64,000 bases of DNA from Schmidtea polychroa (GCA_044892525.1 CM097885.1:31188001-31252000); one strand, 5' to 3'; positions 11,431 to 23,449 are shown, numbered from the stretch's first letter. Numbers and translations: made by a program. The notes: a model not told the origin generated them from the sequence alone.

Positions 11431-12279
11431 ATGCCTAAATCTAGTAGTCCAAAGAAAGGTAAAGAAAAATCACCAAAAAAAGGCAGTGACAAAAGCCCTA
11501 AAAAAGGCAGTGATAAAAATTCTAAAAAAGATAAAAGTCCAAAGAAAGAAGAAATAAGTCTAGAAGAAATTGAAAAAGCTCCAATTACTCACGTAATATT
11601 CGATTTGGATGGCGTAATGTTGGACTCATTGAGATCTTTTGATTATTTTATTAATAAATTAGCTGGACAATATGATAAACATGTTCCTTTATCAGTTCAA
11701 ATTAAGGTAAAGGATAAAAAACTTGAAAAGGTTGGGAAATTATTAATCAAGGAATTGGGATTACCAATTACCCAAACAGAATTTACTAATAACTATAAGC
11801 AATCTCTTCCTGAAATACTTAAAAATGTTGATGTTTTACCTGGAGTTTGTCAATTACTCAGATATTTCCCAAGTCACAAAATTCCTATGGCAGTTATTAC
11901 AGATTCTACAGAAGAAAATTATAATTTTAAAATTGAACGTCATAAAATACTCTTTAATAAAATAACTCATGCCGTTTGTTACGGATCGGATCCCGAAGCA
12001 AATAGGGGCAAACCTTACCCATATATCTATCAATTAGCTGCTTCAAGATTTGCTGAAAATAAACCAAATGGACCTTACAATATTTTAGTTTTTGAAGATA
12101 CGGAAGATGGGGTAAATTCTGCTCTTGCTGCTGGAATGAAGGTTGTTTGGGTGCCAGATCCAAGAGTTGACGTGTCTTTACATAATTTTGACAAGAATTT
12201 AATGGTTATTCATAATTTGCTTGATTTCAAGCCAGAATATTGGCGTCTGCCAAAATTCTGTAATTTATATACATCATAA
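11431..12279 (+). CDS. HAD-superfamily phosphatase, HDHD1/PUDP-like, with SPKK-repeat N-terminal extension (HAD-1)
   Basis: Intronless 282 aa ORF; motif I DLDG, motif II AVIT, motif III GKP, motif IV FEDTEDG, AAGMKVVWVPD; AATAAA at ~12295. Confidence 0.92.
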   Translation: MPKSSSPKKGKEKSPKKGSDKSPKKGSDKNSKKDKSPKKEEISLEEIEKAPITHVIFDLDGVMLDSLRSFDYFINKLAGQYDKHVPLSVQIKVKDKKLEKVGKLLIKELGLPITQTEFTNNYKQSLPEILKNVDVLPGVCQLLRYFPSHKIPMAVITDSTEENYNFKIERHKILFNKITHAVCYGSDPEANRGKPYPYIYQLAASRFAENKPNGPYNILVFEDTEDGVNSALAAGMKVVWVPDPRVDVSLHNFDKNLMVIHNLLDFKPEYWRLPKFCNLYTS

Positions 12280-12666
12280 AATGTATTCTTTTCAAATAAA
12301 AAAAAATTATTTATGGTGAATAAAAGCTTTCTTGCTTTTTTGGAAAATGACTAAATTTACATCTGTCAATATTTATTAGAATCCTGTTGAATAAAATATA
12401 TTTTTTCTATGCATTTTATAAACCAACATTAAACTTTCCTTAATTGTTTTCAATGGAAATCTCGAATCTTTCTTCAAATGTCTAATATTAATGCCCGAAA
12501 TATGAATGTTTGTTTAAATAAACTCATTTTTTTAATATTTACCAGCATTAATGAATCTAATGGTTAACTCTTGATGGTTAAATAATTTTAATTTTAAATT
12601 TCAAAATATTTCTGTAACAACATTAAATTAGGTTTTTGTAGGGTTTTGCATTTTTTGTATGGTTAA

Positions 12667-12967
12667 TTTCTATAATCACATGTTTCCATTTCTATAATCA
12701 CTAGTTTTCATTTCTATAATCACATGTTTCCATTTCTATAATCACATGTTTCCATTTCTATAATCACATGTTTGCATTTCTATAATCACATGTTTCCATT
12801 TCTATAATCACATGTTTGCATTTCTATAATCACATGTTTCCATTTCTATAATCATATGTTTTCATTTCTATAATCACATGTTTGCATTTCTATAATCACA
12901 TGTTTCCATTTCTATAATCACATGTTTCCATTTCTATAATCATATGTTTTCATTTCTATAATCACAT
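12667..12967. repeat. 22-bp minisatellite (tttctataatcacatgtttcca), ~13-14 copies
   Basis: Directly visible periodicity with minor variants (tgtttgca, tgttttca). Confidence 0.95.
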
Positions 12968-12993
12968 AAAAATTTTTGTCCTAAAAATAATTA

Positions 12994-13239
12994 ATGGTAA
13001 GAAAGACGCGAGGAAAAATAACACAAGCAGTCGTAGACATTGTTTTTTCGATGGCAAATAGACACGAAACCATAAAAAAAATATCTGAAACTGTTAAGCT
13101 TCATAGAAGAATAGTTGGAGAAATTTAAAAAAAAAACAAGAGAGTGGATCGTCCTTTAGTTCTGCAACGGAAAAGTATAAGGAAACATGCAGAAGAAAAA
13201 GAGAATCTTTAACTGCCACAGAACAGGTAATATTCAATT
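12994..13239 (+). pseudogene. Probable DNA-transposase N-terminal HTH remnant (Tc1/IS630-like)
   Basis: MVRKTRGKITQAVVDIVFSMANRHETIKKISETVKLHRRIVGEI*, directly after the 22-bp array and truncated by LTR family B at 13240. Confidence 0.4.
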
Positions 13240-13630
13240 TGTTGGGCTAGAACTGATTTCTAGACCCAAAGTTGGGAATGGGACGAAATGTGTCAGTACA
13301 CAACACGCATACCCAGCATTAAGTTTACTTAAATAAAAATATATAAAACACCAAGTAAACAATGATAATAGAGAGATAATATACCCAAAAATAAAACATC
13401 TGAATTAAAAATAAAATAAAACACGAGCAAGAAGTATTACACGAAAACTTACTCAAATATAACCGAAAGACATAAAACAACAAAAAACAAATTCGAATAA
13501 AGGCGATTAGTGAAAATTAAAAAATAAATTAAAGAAAATCTTCATAAAATCTTACGTAAAGGAAATTATATCGAGATTTGGCGGTCATGATGGATTTCGC
13601 CATTTTTATGAATTGTTCTGAATTTTTATT
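13240..13630 (+). mobile_element. Truncated, rearranged copy of LTR-like family B
   Basis: Starts tgttgggctagaactgatttc as at 6758; 13580-13630 is an inverted piece of the same family. Confidence 0.75.
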
Positions 13631-13853
13631 CAAAATTAAATAACGTTAAATAACTTTAACAAAACAAAAAGTAATAATGAAATCAAAATCTCGATATAAT
13701 TTCCTTTACGTAAGATTTTATGAAGATTTTCTTTAATTTTTAATAAATAATTAATTAATTAAATCTTAAATATCATAAAGAGAAATGAAAATTTAAAATT
13801 AAAATTCAATATTATAATTATTATTAACAGATAATAATTAAACTCAGAACAAT

Positions 13854-14732
13854 ATGCCGAAAAGTGGTAGTCCTAATAAAACAAGTCCCAAAAAAGGGAG
13901 TCCAAAAAAAGGGAGTCCAAAAAAAGGAAGCCCCAATAAAAGTGGAAGTCCAAAAAATAAAAATGATAAAAAATCTAAAAAAGACAAAAGTCCGAAATGT
14001 CTGGAGCTAAATGATATTGAAATAAGAAATGCTCCAATTACGCACGTTATTTTTGATCTGGATGGAGTACTTTTGAATTCAGTAAGGTATTTTGAGTTGT
14101 TTGTTAACAAGCTGTGTTACCCGTATGAAAAATATTTATCATTGTCTTTGAAACGGAAATTGAAAAATAAAAGAATAGAAAGTGCGGCAAAGATTCTTGT
14201 CAAAGAGCTAGGATTACCAATGACACGGAAAGAATTCATTAACTACTACACAGAATCAACCCCATGTTTGTTGAAAAGTGTTGAATTGCTACCAGGTGTT
14301 AGTCAAATAATTGAATATTTCAGGAAACACAAAATGCCAATGGCAGTTGTCACAGAATCTAACGAAGTGAACTACAAATACAAAATTTCACGTCACAAAA
14401 TCATTTTTGATAAAATCAGTTTTGCAGTATGCTATGGATCTGACCCCGAAGCACGCCAAGGCAAACCTCAACCATTTATCTATGAAATCGCTGCATCTCG
14501 ATTCAAAGACAACGTTCCATCAGGGCCCTACAACATTTTAGTATTCGAAGACACTGCTGATGGTGTTGATGCAGCACTTGCCGCAAGTATGAAAGTCGTT
14601 TGGATCGCGGATCCAATAACTGATGCGTCGTTACACGATTTTCATAAAAATTTAATGGTTATTGATAATTTAGAGAATTTTAAACCCGAGTTATTTCGCC
14701 TCCCATATCGTAGTCAATTATATTCTATTTGA
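13854..14732 (+). CDS. HAD-superfamily phosphatase, HDHD1/PUDP-like, with (GSPKK)n N-terminal extension (HAD-2)
   Basis: Intronless 292 aa ORF; DLDG, AVVT, GKP, FEDTADG motifs; clear paralog of 11431-12279. Confidence 0.92.
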   Translation: MPKSGSPNKTSPKKGSPKKGSPKKGSPNKSGSPKNKNDKKSKKDKSPKCLELNDIEIRNAPITHVIFDLDGVLLNSVRYFELFVNKLCYPYEKYLSLSLKRKLKNKRIESAAKILVKELGLPMTRKEFINYYTESTPCLLKSVELLPGVSQIIEYFRKHKMPMAVVTESNEVNYKYKISRHKIIFDKISFAVCYGSDPEARQGKPQPFIYEIAASRFKDNVPSGPYNILVFEDTADGVDAALAASMKVVWIADPITDASLHDFHKNLMVIDNLENFKPELFRLPYRSQLYSI

Positions 14733-17700
14733 AAGAAACTTGTTTGTAAATTTTGAAACGTATTAACGTATCTTTATTAAATGGACAGTAAACTTCATAG
14801 AAAGTAGTAGCTCCCATTTAATATTTTTTAAAACATACAAAAACATGCAAAATTTATCGATTTTTAAGACATCAGGTTTAGGAATATTTCAAATATTTAT
14901 ATTTCATTTGAAATTGGCGCCTGAATTCAAAGGAGAATCACGAAAGAATTGTTGAAGAATTTATAAAATCCTAAATCACTAAAGTTTCTTGTGAATTTCA
15001 ACAATAAATATGAAAAAAATGAAAAATATAGAAAAAGATTATTAAATAGTTTAAAATAAACATTTAAAAAATATTGACTTGTTTTTAGTAAATTATATCA
15101 ATAATACTTTTTCTTAGAAAATAAAATAAAAACTTTGATAACTTTGGAGTATTAAATTACAGTAGTGACAAAGTCCAGTTTAACACCAAGCAAAATATCC
15201 AAGGATAAACATCAGGCATGTCAAACCTTTTTCGAAGACGAGCCATATTTTTATTAATAAACACCTTGCGGGCTAAATTTTAAATACAATAAGTCGAAAA
15301 ATTTACGTCAAATTTTCAAGTCAAAATAGCCACTTCGACTTATACGCGGGTCAAAAACGTACAAATTATTTTTTAATGAAATCATTAAACCTTTTTTTTA
15401 TTTTTGTTACTTCGACTTATACGCGGGTTTCCAATTTAGGACTTATATACGGTATATTTAATGAAAATATGAAGTAACAACACACATTGTAATTGAATAA
15501 ATATTGCTACAAATGTAATAATAATCTTATAATGTAAAAAAAACTTTCTTTAAATTTAACTAACTAATTAAACTTACTGTTGGGTTTAATGATATCAAAA
15601 TCAACCGTTGGTTACTCTGACTCCACGTGTTCCAAAATCAATAAACACAAACTCCCAACGTATATTTGTTTTATAACAATTCACAACTCTCAGCAATTAA
15701 TCACACTGTTGGTTAATCACAATTCTTACACAATTTCAGATCGAACTCCGCTCTGGAAGGTCTCGGCCTTGTACGATTTAAAAAAAAAATAGGTTTCACC
15801 TTTTGTTTGATTCCGCTCTCTGATCCGAACTCTTTTAATATTCCTTTCTGACTCCTAAATTCCTCTTATAATTCCTTTTCCTTTTTTTTATTCCTCGAAC
15901 TCCTATCGTCTGTTTCTTCGTATTCCTACCTATTATGTGATTTTTGAGTTTCCTTATATACTCCCATAATCGTTGTAATTGCCCCATTTTTGACCTAATT
16001 GGTTTTGACTTCTTCAGCTATCATTCCCTAATTGACTATTTTTGTTGACCCTCTCCGTAATTCCCCGTCTTTTGTTTACCCTCGTTTATCCGGTTGTTTG
16101 GATAATTGCCCTCTGAATTCCTCGTTTGTTTACCCTTCCAAATTGCCGTGCTCGGGTTTTCTTCATCGCTCGGGTTCTCCATTGGCTCGGGCTTCCCATT
16201 AGCTCGGGTTTCCCATTAGCCAATTAATTAATATTTTACGTTTTTCCACATTTGTCTGTTTTACGACCCTTTCTACACATTTTCTAACAATTTCTTGCTC
16301 ACTGTCTTCTTCACCATCCCTTAATCTACCCCTCTCCCGTTTTCCAGCTTCAATTTCGATAACTTTTCACTTTATTCCACTTCCTCAGGTTTGCGCATTT
16401 TTCCATTTCATGTCTGATTGTACCCTTTTATAGTTCTATTTTTATCATATCTTTCTTTGCCATTGCTTCTCTGCTTGACCGCCATTCAATTCCGGCTTTC
16501 CTTTTAATCTGAACTATATAATTTAATAATTTACTTTCAAACCTCAACATTACTAAAATGATAATTATAATATAATAAACAATATTTGTAAGTAAAAAAT
16601 TGTTTTTTTCTTGTTCACTTTGCGTCTGCAGCTGGTGAATAAGCTGCAGGCACTTTTTCATCTCAGGCGGGCTAAACCAGGTGCACTCCATCTCTCCACA
16701 TCGGACTTTGAGTTTGGTCATCCAATGTTGTAGTCACTCCACCACTTTCTGGGTAGTTTCCTTGTCGACCCTAAGATTTCCCATTAATTGGAGCACTAAA
16801 CACAATAGGCGTATTGATTTCCAACAAATCGATTAGTATTGATTAAACTAAGTTAATTGTGCTGGTAATTCAATGGGAGGATTTATCAATTACTACTCTG
16901 GCATTAAAACTGTAGGTAGTCAAAATGATTCATGTGATGAATGCTTATTGTAGGATAGTTTTTGATAATTTATTTAGTCTAACCTAAGACTTTTTACTTT
17001 AAATTTGATTATTTCGGTAATCGTTTGTACTATCTATTTCAACATTCGCCTACCCACTCAGATTAATAAAACACGAAACAAATATTCTTCCAAACTCCTT
17101 TAGATTATTAATTTGGTGAATCGTGCTATGGTATGTTCGCCGTGAATTTCGTTCCCATTCACAGCGGTTGCGCCTATCTACTCTTTGTCTCAATATCTTA
17201 GTTTAAAGAAATCAATATTCATTCGCTCATTAATCTTCACGTAATGTCGTCATTTAAAATGGTCTTTGTCGTATGTTATTGGTTTTATAAGGTCCTAGTT
17301 TTAAATGTTTTGGATCTTTATCCGTCCTCACTGACCAACACCGCTTGCAACGGCGTGATTCTCGATTGATTTAGAGATTGTGACTGGGTAAACCAGAACT
17401 TGTATGTCGATTTTACTACTATTGGAGTTTATCTCGTTTCCGATATAACTAAAAAAATGGGCTCGTTTAGTGGAGTCGTTTTGGGTTTGAACTTCGCTGT
17501 CTTTTACACGATGCTGTTATAATCAATTTGGAATTTGACTTGTCTTGATGAATTTGTAAACATCGCCAGTGAGTTAATATAAAATGTCTAAGCCCTTTCT
17601 GCTTTTGCTTTTGGGATATATTTTGTTCTATTTCCTGACACTCTTCAGTAATTTTATAATGGGTAGGTGGTATAATCTCGTGACTGACCTTTTGACTGAT

Positions 17701-17942
17701 CTTTTGTAAAAAGTATTTTTTGCCATATTTCAGTACTATCTCAAAGTCTATTTTTCATTAATCTAACCATTTCTTTCAATTTATCGTTAACATTTCTCTT
17801 TTTCAAGCATTGGTTACTCTGTTTTAACGAGACCTTTTGACATTTGCTTTGTTTCATCAACATCTTGTTCTAACTTCACTAAATATTTCTTTATCTATAT
17901 GAGACACTTCATATCTTCCTTTAATATTTAAATAATTGTTAA

Positions 17943-20507
17943 CCTTCTGTCTGTGCATAGTAAATTTTCCATAGTCTGTGCATGGGGTCAACCCGACCCC
18001 ATATATATTTTAATGCTTTTTATGATCTTTTTGTTAAAAAATAGTCATGTTATTTTTATTAATTAATGAAAAAAACTTTTTTATTCAAAATATATAAGAT
18101 TAAGATAATTTAAATTATATTATATTACATAAAAAAAATTAACCAGACGCATCGTCTGACATAATTTCATTGTTTTCTTCTTCGAGCGAATCCATTACTT
18201 CTTCGTTGATACAATTTATGCAAACGGTTTTTATATGTGTTTTGCAAGATGGCTGATTACAAACATAACATCTTGTTCCTGTTTTCTTATCAGCGGATCG
18301 AGGGCAAATATAACATCTTGGTCGCTTACTGACAGATCTATTTGCCGCTGTTCCTTCGGCTGTTGAACTCTGTGTAAGGTTTATTATATTATATCCTATT
18401 TGCTGAACAGCGATTTTAACATTTTTTTTCATTGCCCGTGGGTTCGATATTCGGTTTAATATATAATCCTTTACCAATTGCATAGCCAGCTCCTTCAAAA
18501 AGATTTTACGTTCATTGCTTTTCCGCTGAATGAATAGTTGTGGATTGGCACATTTGTACAGGTTATAAGCAGCTATACCTGTGAGATCAATCATATTAAA
18601 AAATAAAACCATTGGCCATCGTTTGGTCTTTCTTTTGCAGGTATAGGTACGAACTAATTTGTCGAGTGTGTCAACCCCTCCCTTCGTTTTATTATAGTCC
18701 AATATGATATTGGGTTTATTTGAATCGAGGTCAACAATATCATCATTGTGTAGAGTGGATAGTAACAATACATTCTTGTTGGGCTTCGGAACATAACTTA
18801 CCAACGTCAGATGATCATCGAAGCAAAATTTGGATGAATTCACGACTCGGTTCTTAATTTCGGCCTTGTTCGTAAATTCTTTAGGTAGATCTGGTTTATT
18901 TGCGCGAATTGTTCCAATTATTGTTGTTTTTTTCTGTAACATTTGTTCTGCTAATGGACAGCTTGTAAAAAAGTTATCCATAGTTATAGTTCGTCCTTTA
19001 TTGATATATGGTGCTGACAATCTATGAACTAAATTTAATGCGTAATCAACCGCACGTACCTCATTCGGTTGCTTGCCTACATAAATTTCTGCTTTCAATG
19101 GGTACGAATTCAATGCATCGCAAATCCAAAAAATTTTAATCCCGTACTTGCCTGGCTTTGATGGTATATATTGTCTGAATGAACATCGGCCACGCGTTAA
19201 TACTAGTTGTTCATCTATAGTTAAGAATGATGATGGTTTATAAGGTCCTTTGATATTTTCCAAAAACATATTCCATACATCACGGAAAGCTGCTAGCTTA
19301 TCTTCCTTCAAACGTTCTGCTCTAGTTTGATAATTGTCGAAGCGCAAGAATCGTAAAAGCTGCTGCACTCTTTGTAATGACATTGCAGCCCGATAAAAAG
19401 GACGGTTATCCAGATGGTATAATTCATTCAATCTTTCATCCCAGTTCTTATGAGCCCCAGCGTATATAAGTATACCAATCAGTGCATAAATTTCGTTTGA
19501 ATTTGTATCATACCAAATACGTGCAGTGTTACTATTTATAGTGTAGAAATGCCGAGCTTTTCTATTTGTTTCGGCCACTATTACATTTATTAATGTCTCG
19601 GGAAGTATTTTTTTAAACGCGGCCAGATGAGTATTTATATTTCGAGCTGTTTCAAGAGAAATTCCTTGTTTTTCTCTCAAGATCTGAAAGTCGCGAACTC
19701 TAGTTACATTTGGTGGACTTGCCCTCCATTTTCTTTTGTACTTTTTATTTTGCGCGTAATACCAAATTCCTTCTTCTTCCACTTCAGCTTCTATATTTTG
19801 TACTTCTTGGTCTTCATCAGTTTCCATATTTTGTAGTTCTTGTTCTTCATCAGTTTCTATATTTTGCATTTCAACAGCAGCTTCATCTGTTGCTATATCG
19901 AGATCAGAAAAGTCACTATCAAAGTTATCATTTGCTAGCTCTTCCTCATCAGAATCGATTATACTTTCGAAAAGATTTCGAATATCCTGGCTAGTTTGTC
20001 TTTTTCGGGCCATATCTAAATAACAATCCAAATTATTATATACCTAGAAAATTAGACTACACAAAACAACCACAAAAATATATAAATATTCTCACCTTAT
20101 AAAAATAGTCACCAAATAGTTTTTTATATGAATATATAATTAATAATATATAATAATCCCCTAAAACACAAAGAAATGTAATACTAAATACAAAATGGTG
20201 AGTCTTTTCGAAACTATTGATAAAAAACTATACAAAAGAAAGGAAAGAATATGATTTTGATTCAAAATGCATAACAAAAAAATTGGGGTCAGATTAACCC
20301 CAATGCACCAATATATAATTAAATTGCTTAAAACTATCGTAGCTACGTCATATATAATGTTTTTTTGATTATTTTTTTTGTAATATGTGTGTAAAACCTT
20401 AGTTGAGGCAAATCTAGTTGCTTGACATAGTTAGTTGGTGTAAAAACTTATTATATCACTTATTACAAAGACTGGGGTCCTTTTTACCCCAATGCACAGA
20501 CAGAAGG
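17943..20507 (-). mobile_element. Full-length piggyBac transposon (2565 bp)
   Basis: TTAA TSDs (17939-17942, 20508-20511); perfect 16-bp TIR CCTTCTGTCTGTGCAT; subterminal ggggtc...acccc motifs at ~17984, ~20285 and ~20474. Confidence 0.97.
18139..20013 (-). CDS. piggyBac transposase (uninterrupted ORF; first ATG at 20013)
   Basis: DDD triad TIDEQL / TMDNFFTS / GGVDTLD, YIPSKPGKYGIK, C-terminal Cys-rich domain RCYICP...RCYVCNQPSCKTH...CINC. Confidence 0.95.
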   Translation of the reverse strand: MARKRQTSQDIRNLFESIIDSDEEELANDNFDSDFSDLDIATDEAAVEMQNIETDEEQELQNMETDEDQEVQNIEAEVEEEGIWYYAQNKKYKRKWRASPPNVTRVRDFQILREKQGISLETARNINTHLAAFKKILPETLINVIVAETNRKARHFYTINSNTARIWYDTNSNEIYALIGILIYAGAHKNWDERLNELYHLDNRPFYRAAMSLQRVQQLLRFLRFDNYQTRAERLKEDKLAAFRDVWNMFLENIKGPYKPSSFLTIDEQLVLTRGRCSFRQYIPSKPGKYGIKIFWICDALNSYPLKAEIYVGKQPNEVRAVDYALNLVHRLSAPYINKGRTITMDNFFTSCPLAEQMLQKKTTIIGTIRANKPDLPKEFTNKAEIKNRVVNSSKFCFDDHLTLVSYVPKPNKNVLLLSTLHNDDIVDLDSNKPNIILDYNKTKGGVDTLDKLVRTYTCKRKTKRWPMVLFFNMIDLTGIAAYNLYKCANPQLFIQRKSNERKIFLKELAMQLVKDYILNRISNPRAMKKNVKIAVQQIGYNIINLTQSSTAEGTAANRSVSKRPRCYICPRSADKKTGTRCYVCNQPSCKTHIKTVCINCINEEVMDSLEEENNEIMSDDASG

Positions 20508-22738
20508 TTAATCAAGTTAAATAATTAATTAAAGCAAATATAAACAAATATTAATTAAAGCAAATATTAATTAATTTTAACAAGCGAATTAAGAAATGAT
20601 GGTGTTTATCCAATTATAGGACCAAATGTAGTGAAAGTTTTTATTTCTCTGTAAATATTTACGAACAAAAATATTTAAATTCAAATTTACAAGATTTATT
20701 GACATAGGAGCAGGCAATGAATATGGGGTATGACTCAAGATCAATTCTGTAACATTAAAATGATAATAATTAAAAGATTTGATAAAAATTTGTCATTTAG
20801 ATTATGACAGAGTGATGTGATCATTATTAATGACTTGTATCAGAAAGTTATTAAGGAAAAGTATATCAATAATTTATTTTCAAATAATGTTTTCCCACTA
20901 CCATTTCGTAATACAATAGAAAATATTCCTTTCCAAGATTGAAATGAGACCCCTTTATTCAGTTCATATTTTGATACAGCTATCTTTCCATTATCCCTTT
21001 TATATGTATATATATATTTGTATATATATAAAAATTAGTGTTTCTTTTTTTTTATTTTGTGACTCAGTAAGTTGGTTAAACTAAGATCAAATTTTGATTC
21101 CATAAATTAATTTTAAATAATTCAATTATTTAATTCCTTTCTTGGTTTGGAAATAACATGTCTTCCTAATTCTGAATTTCTTCGATTTAGTAACGCATCT
21201 TCAATACATATATGTCAACCACACTGGTTTGTATATCGTTCTATTGGAATTGACCTAAAGGATCTCAAATGTTCCTTTTGGTTCAAGTCCTTTTGGCGTT
21301 TCAACAAAGGTTAATCTGGGAATTTCATTAATTCCATTCTGTTCAGTAGTCAAACTGGTTACAAACAGGTTGTTGTCAACAATGCAACCATAAATGTTCT
21401 TTCGTTTACTAGATTCTCTCTCTGTATCACTCTGGTCCTTTTTCAAGAAGAAATCTAATCCGTGGGTTTATTAATACTCTTTGCATCATTTAGGAATCTT
21501 TGTTTCGCATTATCATCGGCGATTGTTAATAGATTATATTTCCATTCAGCTTCAAGAGAATTTGTAGATATGACGTTTGAACAATGTTTACGTAGTTTAG
21601 ATTTTGAACTTTCTGAATGTTTCTCATAACTTTTATGTTGAGAGAACTCTTCAATAATACATAGGAGACAGGCACAGTTACGTATACAAGATGTTCTAAA
21701 TTATAATATATATTCGAAATTTTCGTTGAAATTGTACGATATAAATATTTCTTCATCATCTATCAAATGACGTAGCAATTGAAATGTAATAGATTTAAGA
21801 GCGCATTTATCATCCGTTTGTAAATTTAAATTAACTTGATAGGTATTAACCCGAAATTTCTCATCATTATTCATTATTTAATCCAACCAATTTAAGAAAA
21901 TTTCGAAATCAAAAAGATTTTATTCTACATTCACAATAAAAATTCATTATATTATATAAACACAAATAATCTTTCTTAAATTAAATTAATAATTTTTTAA
22001 ACACATTATTAAGGTTTTTCACTGAACTCAAGAATATTTTTACAAGGAATCTTTTAACAAAAAAATTACTTAAATTTTTAACACAAAAATTAATTCATCA
22101 TAATTTTTTTAGGTTTCATTGTTATCACCCTAACAAATGAAAACCAGACGGTGCAAACCTGTCGAAACTTCCAAAGCACACACTATATAAAAGCATTGCC
22201 GAAAGTTTGTGTGACATGATCTAAATTATATTTTTCCCACTACAATTTTATTACATTTCATTTCTTTTCATTCCACTAAAGCTGAATATAGTACTTCCTA
22301 AAGGTCTTTCGATGTCAGATGAAAATACTCTTGGGAGTGTAATTTCCCAAACTTTGTTCAGATGAATAAATCTTACCTCAATTACAGTTGAATAGTCATC
22401 ATCAAAGTTTTCATTACTGTTCTTCTCTTCAAATTACATAAAACAATTCACTTCATTTATTGTCTATAATTACACAAGAGATGACATTTTACAAAATTGA
22501 GTTTTCCATACAACTAATCAAATATTTATCTTTCATTGGGTGTTTCAGTTTTCATTTTCCTCAGCAAAACCCCTTTCTAGGTTTCAGATCTTGAATTGAT
22601 GAGTTTAAACTTTAACTATTTTTGACTGTTTATTTGAGTTCCTGAAACACTCAAATCCGTCTCCACTAAAGTTCCTTTAATAGTAATTATAAAATTAATT
22701 GAAATTATCAATTTTAATTAAATAATTTGAAATATTTA

Positions 22739-23449
22739 ATGGATCCAAATTTGCCAATCACTCATATAATTCTGGATTTGGATGGACTCCTAATAGATTC
22801 CGAAATTCTTTTCGATGCGGCAATAAATGAAATATTGAAACCCTTTAATAAAACAATGAATTTCGAAGTTAAGGAAAAATGTTTAGGCAAGAAGCTCTCA
22901 GAAAGTATTGGAATAATTATTAAAATGCTAAAGGTTCAAATAGATGAAGCTGATTTCATTTCAAGATATCAAAATATCAAGCATGAAGTTCTTCGAGATA
23001 TACAACTAAAGGACGGTGCAAGCAAATTGATAAATTATTTCTGGAAAAATGAAATACCTATGGCAATTGCAACTGGGTCTTCAGATGAAAGTTATGCTTT
23101 AAAGACTAAAGACTATAATGATTTATTTTCGAAAATTCATCATAAGGTTTGCTCTGGAAGTGATAAACTAGTGAAAAAAACTAAACCTGCCCCAGATATT
23201 TTTATTGAAGCTTCAAATAGATTTATATCAAATTTACCATTGTCAACGAGACAAGTTCTTATTTTCGAAGACGCTGCTAATGGAGTTACAGCTGGATTAG
23301 CGGCAAATATGAAAGTAGTTTGGGTTCCAGATTCAAGAGTTAATATCTCAAATTTTAAGAATCATCCTGACGTTATGATTTTGACAAGTTTGGAAAGGTT
23401 TTCACCAACTAAATATGGATTACCCGTGTCTTCAGAATTTATTCAATAA
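22739..23449 (+). CDS. HDHD1/PUDP-like HAD phosphatase (pseudouridine-5'-phosphatase-like) (HAD-3)
   Basis: Intronless; DLDGLLIDSE, AIATGS, KPAPDIF, FEDAANG canonical motifs; ATG at 22739 (track start is TTG). Confidence 0.93.
   Translation: MDPNLPITHIILDLDGLLIDSEILFDAAINEILKPFNKTMNFEVKEKCLGKKLSESIGIIIKMLKVQIDEADFISRYQNIKHEVLRDIQLKDGASKLINYFWKNEIPMAIATGSSDESYALKTKDYNDLFSKIHHKVCSGSDKLVKKTKPAPDIFIEASNRFISNLPLSTRQVLIFEDAANGVTAGLAANMKVVWVPDSRVNISNFKNHPDVMILTSLERFSPTKYGLPVSSEFIQ

Noticed and set aside
12667..12967. Regular 22-bp repeats as possible CRISPR array
   Set aside because: Head-to-tail with no unique spacers; eukaryotic context; no cas genes
13844..14110. Antisense hydrophobic ORF (GLPFF repeats), and other short antisense ORFs over transposases
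   Set aside because: Shadow frames of the real sense-strand genes
15213..15453. hAT-like start (caggcatgtcaaac) and pogo-like end (gacttatacgcggg repeats, tatacggta)
   Set aside because: Unpaired TE termini; cannot define an element
21100..21790. Coding-like minus-strand debris (77 and 63 aa ORFs)
   Set aside because: Multiple stops and no family I can recognise
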